Shown one piece after another: positions 60,987 to 64,000 of a stretch of DNA of 64,000 nucleotides (positions within the stretch are counted from its first letter, which is position 1; every line of letters starts with the position of its first letter). The notes beneath the pieces were generated by a model. The model saw only the letters and a list, made by a program, of their open reading frames with translations, was not told the origin of the DNA and ran no database searches. Made by a program: the position numbers and the translations under genes. The stretch is from positions 834,847-898,846 of the forward strand of contig CAVVSR010000014.1 of NCBI GenBank assembly GCA_963750935.1, written 5' to 3'. The stretch comes from an uncultured Acidobacteriota bacterium. GTDB lineage: Bacteria; Acidobacteriota; Vicinamibacteria; Vicinamibacterales; 2-12-FULL-66-21.

Positions 60987-61085
60987 TCTAGAGAGAGACG
61001 AATAAGACGTGTCAATTCCCAACTCCCAACTCCCAACTCCCAAATTGGACAATTGGGAATTGGAGGTTGGGGATTGGGAGTTGAC
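60987..61085. repeat. TCTAGAGAGAGACG box plus GTCAA-terminated GGGAGTT-heptamer palindrome
   Basis: 60987-61000 is TCTAGAGAGAGACG. 61011-61046 is GTCAATTCCC(AACTCCC)3AAATT, followed by the loop GGAC. 61051-61085 is AATTGGGAATTGGAGGTTGGGGATTGGGAGTTGAC, the inverted copy, followed by a T7 run. Confidence 0.9.
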
Positions 61086-61099
61086 GCGCTGCGCTTTTT

Positions 61100-61954
61100 T
61101 TACGCGTCGGCCGACCAGCGCTTGACGAGAATCGCCCGGGCGTAGAGCAGCTCGAAGCCGCGCCGCATCACGTTGTCCTGCGAGCGCGTGCCGGGTGCGG
61201 TGGCCACCACCGCGAGACCGCAGCCGGCGGCCTGCGCCTCGAGCAGGCGGTGCTGCACCAGCGCCTTCTGCACGCCACGGCCGCGGAACGCGGGCAGGGT
61301 GCCGGCGCCCGCCATCTGCGCGATGTCGCCGTCGATGCGCATCGCCGCTTCGCCCACCGGTGTGCCGTCGATCCGCGCCAGGTACCGCACCAGGCCGGGC
61401 ATCGTCGCGTAACTGTGCAGGGTCTCTTTGAGCTGCTCGCGCGACAACGTGTCGTCCGGCACGCTGCCGGTGCCGTCGAGATTGAGGAAGGCATCGATGG
61501 CGATGTCGGCCCAGACGTCGAAGTCGCCGTCGCGGAGTGGTTCGACGGTGACGCCGGCCGGCATCTCGTCGGGCATTGTGCCGTTGATCGGGCACGCCAG
61601 CACGTTCTCGAAGCCGTGCAGCCCGTAGCCGCGATCGGTCAGCGCGCCGCCGAGCGCCGGGTCGGTGAGGATCGACATCTCGATGCGCACCGGCTCGCCG
61701 CGGTCGCGCCACTGGTCTTCGATCTCGGCCAGCGCCGCCATGTCCAGCGGCTGATCGAAGCCAAGGCCAATCAGCTTGTTGATCGGGGAGCCCTGGCCCG
61801 CGAACACGGCGACGCCGCCGCTGATCGGCAGCACCAGCGGCCCCATATCCTGGCCCGCCCCGTTGCTGCCGTAGTCGGCGAACAACGCGCACATCCGGCC
61901 TTCCGCACGGTCGATCCGGGCGCCGAGCGTCGAGTCAGCAAACATGTCGCGCAT
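61100..61954 (-). CDS. GNAT-family N-acetyltransferase
   Basis: 284-aa ORF. The C-terminal acetyl-CoA binding region (MAGAGTLPAFRGRGVQKALV) is typical of GNAT. Confidence 0.8.
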   Translation of the reverse strand: MRDMFADSTLGARIDRAEGRMCALFADYGSNGAGQDMGPLVLPISGGVAVFAGQGSPINKLIGLGFDQPLDMAALAEIEDQWRDRGEPVRIEMSILTDPALGGALTDRGYGLHGFENVLACPINGTMPDEMPAGVTVEPLRDGDFDVWADIAIDAFLNLDGTGSVPDDTLSREQLKETLHSYATMPGLVRYLARIDGTPVGEAAMRIDGDIAQMAGAGTLPAFRGRGVQKALVQHRLLEAQAAGCGLAVVATAPGTRSQDNVMRRGFELLYARAILVKRWSADA

Positions 61955-61970
61955 TGTACGCCTCGGTGAC

Positions 61971-62040
61971 GGGAGTCGGGACGCGGGACTCGGGACGCGG
62001 GACGCGGGACGCGGGACGCGGGGACGCGGGACGGGGACTG
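61971..62040 (+). repeat. GGGACGC heptamer array (about 10 units, G-rich on the plus strand)
   Basis: GGGAGTC GGGACGC GGGACTC GGGACGC x4 GGGGACGC GGGAC GGGGACTG, 17 nt upstream (antisense side) of the GNAT start codon. Confidence 0.95.
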
Positions 62041-62066
62041 GAGCATCTCAGACCCGGGCATGAGGT

Positions 62067-62130
62067 TTTGGGAGTTGGAAGTTGGGAGTTGGGAGTTGAC
62101 AACCATCCCCATCCCCGTCTCTCTCTAAGA
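62067..62130. repeat. half-element: GGGAGTT heptamers plus GTTGAC plus CGTCTCTCTCTAAGA box (inverted copy of 60987-61046)
   Basis: TTTTGGGAGTTGGAAGTTGGGAGTTGGGAGTTGAC...CGTCTCTCTCTAAGA. Its reverse complement aligns with the left element. It overlaps the kinase stop codon (62125-62127). Confidence 0.85.
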
Positions 62131-64000
62131 GTCGAACCCCGAGGCTGCGGCGATTTCCGGCGCCCGGCGTTTCATGAAGGCGATCAATTCCGGCCAGTCG
62201 GGATGGGTACGGAGCGGCGCCAGCATCGCGTCGAACTCGTCGACGAATCTGGCGGCGACGAATCCGCGTTCCGCGGCCCGGCGCAGCCACATCATCGCGT
62301 CGTCTGGCGCGCCGGCGTGGGCGAGGATCTGCGCGAGCTGCCAGGCGAACTGGTCGTCCACCATGGCAAGCCCGGTGACGATGGGGTTCTCGAGCGCCTG
62401 GCGGGCCCCGGCGAGATCGCCGTCGAGCGAGCGGGCGAACCCGTCGGCAAGCAGGCCCCAGAGCGCCGCGTTCTCGCGGTTGATGCGGCCGAAGTGGCGG
62501 CGCGCGACGTCGAAGTGGCCGGCCGTCGCGCTGAAGACCGCGAGATAGAAGCGCGCGGCCTCGTCGTGCGGCTCGCGCTCGACCGCCTGCGCCACCGGCA
62601 CCAGCGCCTCGTCCGGCCGGCCCATGAAGCAGAGCGGCACCGCGCGCGCGCCGGTGATCATCGGCGTCAGCGGATCGAGCTCCGCGGCGCGGCGCCCGTA
62701 CTTCAATCCGAGCTCGGGCCGTCCGGTCTGGCTCAACATCAGCGCGAGCCAGAGATGCGCGTCCGCGTGCCGTTCCGACTGGCAGGCGCGGTGAAGCAGG
62801 CGCAGCACGAGCGGCGAGTCGACCTCCGGCGCATGAATTTCGAGCGAGCGCCTTCGCGACCAGCGCCTCGGCGAGATCGGGTTCGATCGCGAGGGCGTGG
62901 TCGATGCACACGTACGCCTCGTGCAGGGCCTCGGGACCGCGCGCCCCGATGTTGTGCAGGTTCCAGAGCAGCGACCCTTTGAGCGCGAGCAGCGGCGCGC
63001 GCTCGCCTTCGATCGCCATGGCGCGCTCGACCAGCTCCATCGCCTGGTTGAGCGCCGAGTCCGAGAACTGCAGGTTGAGCTGCCGGGCGCGCAGGTACCA
63101 CTCGTACGCCTGGACGTCCTGGATGGTGCGGGCAGCCAGCCGGCGATCCTCGTCCGGACTCAGCCGCACCTCCAGCGCCTCGACGATCTGCCGGGCGATC
63201 CGCTCTTCGATCTCGAAGACCTCGGCGACCGTGCCGGTGAACCGCTCGGCCCAGAGCTGGGTGTCGGTATCGGTCGCGACCAGGTGCGCGGTGACGCGCA
63301 GCGACGTCCCGGCGCGTCGCACCGTGCCCTGCAGCAGATAGCGGACGTTGAGCTCGCGCCCGATGGCGCCGGTCGTCTTTTCGCTGTCCTTGTAGCGCGC
63401 CGACGAATTGCGCGAGATGACGCGGAGGTCGTTCACGCGCGACAGGTCGGTGATGATCTCCTCGGTGAGGCCGTCGGCGAAGAACGCGTTGTCGGGATCG
63501 GGGCTGAGGCTCGTGAACGGCAGCACCGCGATCGATCGTTCGGGCCGGCGCGCCGGCAGATCGGTGAACGTCGCCGTCGACTCGTCGCTGAGCGCGGTCG
63601 CGAACGCGGCGGCGCTCTGGAATCGATCCGCGGGATCGCGCGCCAGCGCCCGGGCGATCACCGCGTCGACGGCGGCCGCCACGTCGGCCCGCCGCTCGCT
63701 GACGCGCGGCGCCGGCTCGGTGAGGCGGCGGGTCATCACCGCCTGCGCGTTGCCGCCGGTGAACGGCCGCTCGCCGGTCAACATCTCGAACAGCACGCAG
63801 CCGAGTGAATAGACGTCCGACCGCCCGTCGAGGCCGGCATCGCCGGCGATCTGCTCGGGGCTCATGTAGGCGGGCGTCCCGATCACCGCGGTCGCGTGGG
63901 TGATCGTCTCGCCGCCCGGCGCGGTCAGCGCCCGGGCGACGCCGAAGTCGGTGACCAGCGCATGCCCGCGCGACAGCATGATGTTCTCGGGCTTGATGTC
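62125..64000 (-). pseudogene. Ser/Thr protein kinase with periplasmic-type domain and TPR tail. The 5' end lies outside the window, and the frame is broken by a 1-nt indel near 62845
   Basis: Kinase subdomains VII-XI (LVTDFGVARAL, GTPAYMSPEQ, DVYSLGCVLFEMLTG) and SIAVLPFTSLS... down to ...EALVAKALA are in one frame. LEIHAPEVDSPLVLRLLHRAC... with TPR-like repeats is in the ORF 62125..62808 frame. Confidence 0.85.

Overview
High-G+C bacterial chromosomal segment, densely packed with housekeeping genes. I saw no rRNA, CRISPR array, transposase, integrase or phage genes.

Gene content, in order:
- yajC(partial)-secD-secF-uppP-DUF502-hppA.
- A tonB-exbB-exbD-exbD operon behind a near-consensus sigma70 promoter, then a TPR lipoprotein.
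- relA/spoT, ridA, rpmB, dksA, lon, a NUDIX hydrolase.
- The minus-strand operon ileS-lspA-lgt-rluD.
- An M16 peptidase pair plus a HAD hydrolase, a cupin, and a GNAT acetyltransferase.
- The minus-strand operon thiD-moaE-moaD-prfA-prmC-HIT, then bioY.
- A minus-strand operon of an aspartase/fumarase-class lyase, a methyltransferase, a polyprenyl synthase and a membrane phosphatase.
- Class I fumarate hydratase, pgi, erpA, a Fur-ferritin-like fusion, a PHP phosphoesterase.
- tRNA-Sec (selC), a cold-shock protein, a GAF histidine kinase with a NarL-type regulator, queA, sugar-isomerase-like and ThuA-like proteins.
- Two tandem carboxypeptidase-regulatory-like proteins, a second GNAT, and a Ser/Thr kinase with a TPR tail that runs off the window.

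The protein repertoire suggests an Acidobacteriota-like soil organism. That is inference only.

Two things stand out beyond ordinary annotation:
1. Many intergenic spacers are filled by tandem short-unit repeats.
   - The 7-nt units are GGGACGC/GGGACTC, GGGATTC/GGGAAGC, GGGAGTT and ACGTGCT. There is also one 9-nt GTTCTACGG array.
   - The GGGAGTT units build long GTCAA-terminated palindromes that fill the gaps between convergent genes.
   - One pair of about 65-nt inverted copies brackets a single GNAT gene.
   - The G3N4 arrays satisfy the canonical G-quadruplex motif.
2. At least nine single-nucleotide reading-frame breaks, plus one probable stop-codon loss, hit otherwise intact and partly essential genes (hppA, tonB, ileS, pgi and others). 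This points to indel errors in the assembly rather than true pseudogenes, and should be checked.

Other notable items are a MoaD whose ORF reads 30 codons past its C-terminal GG into a heptamer array, a Fur-family domain fused to a rubrerythrin/ferritin-like domain, and TATAAT-like boxes 6-8 nt from several start codons, which suggests leaderless mRNAs.
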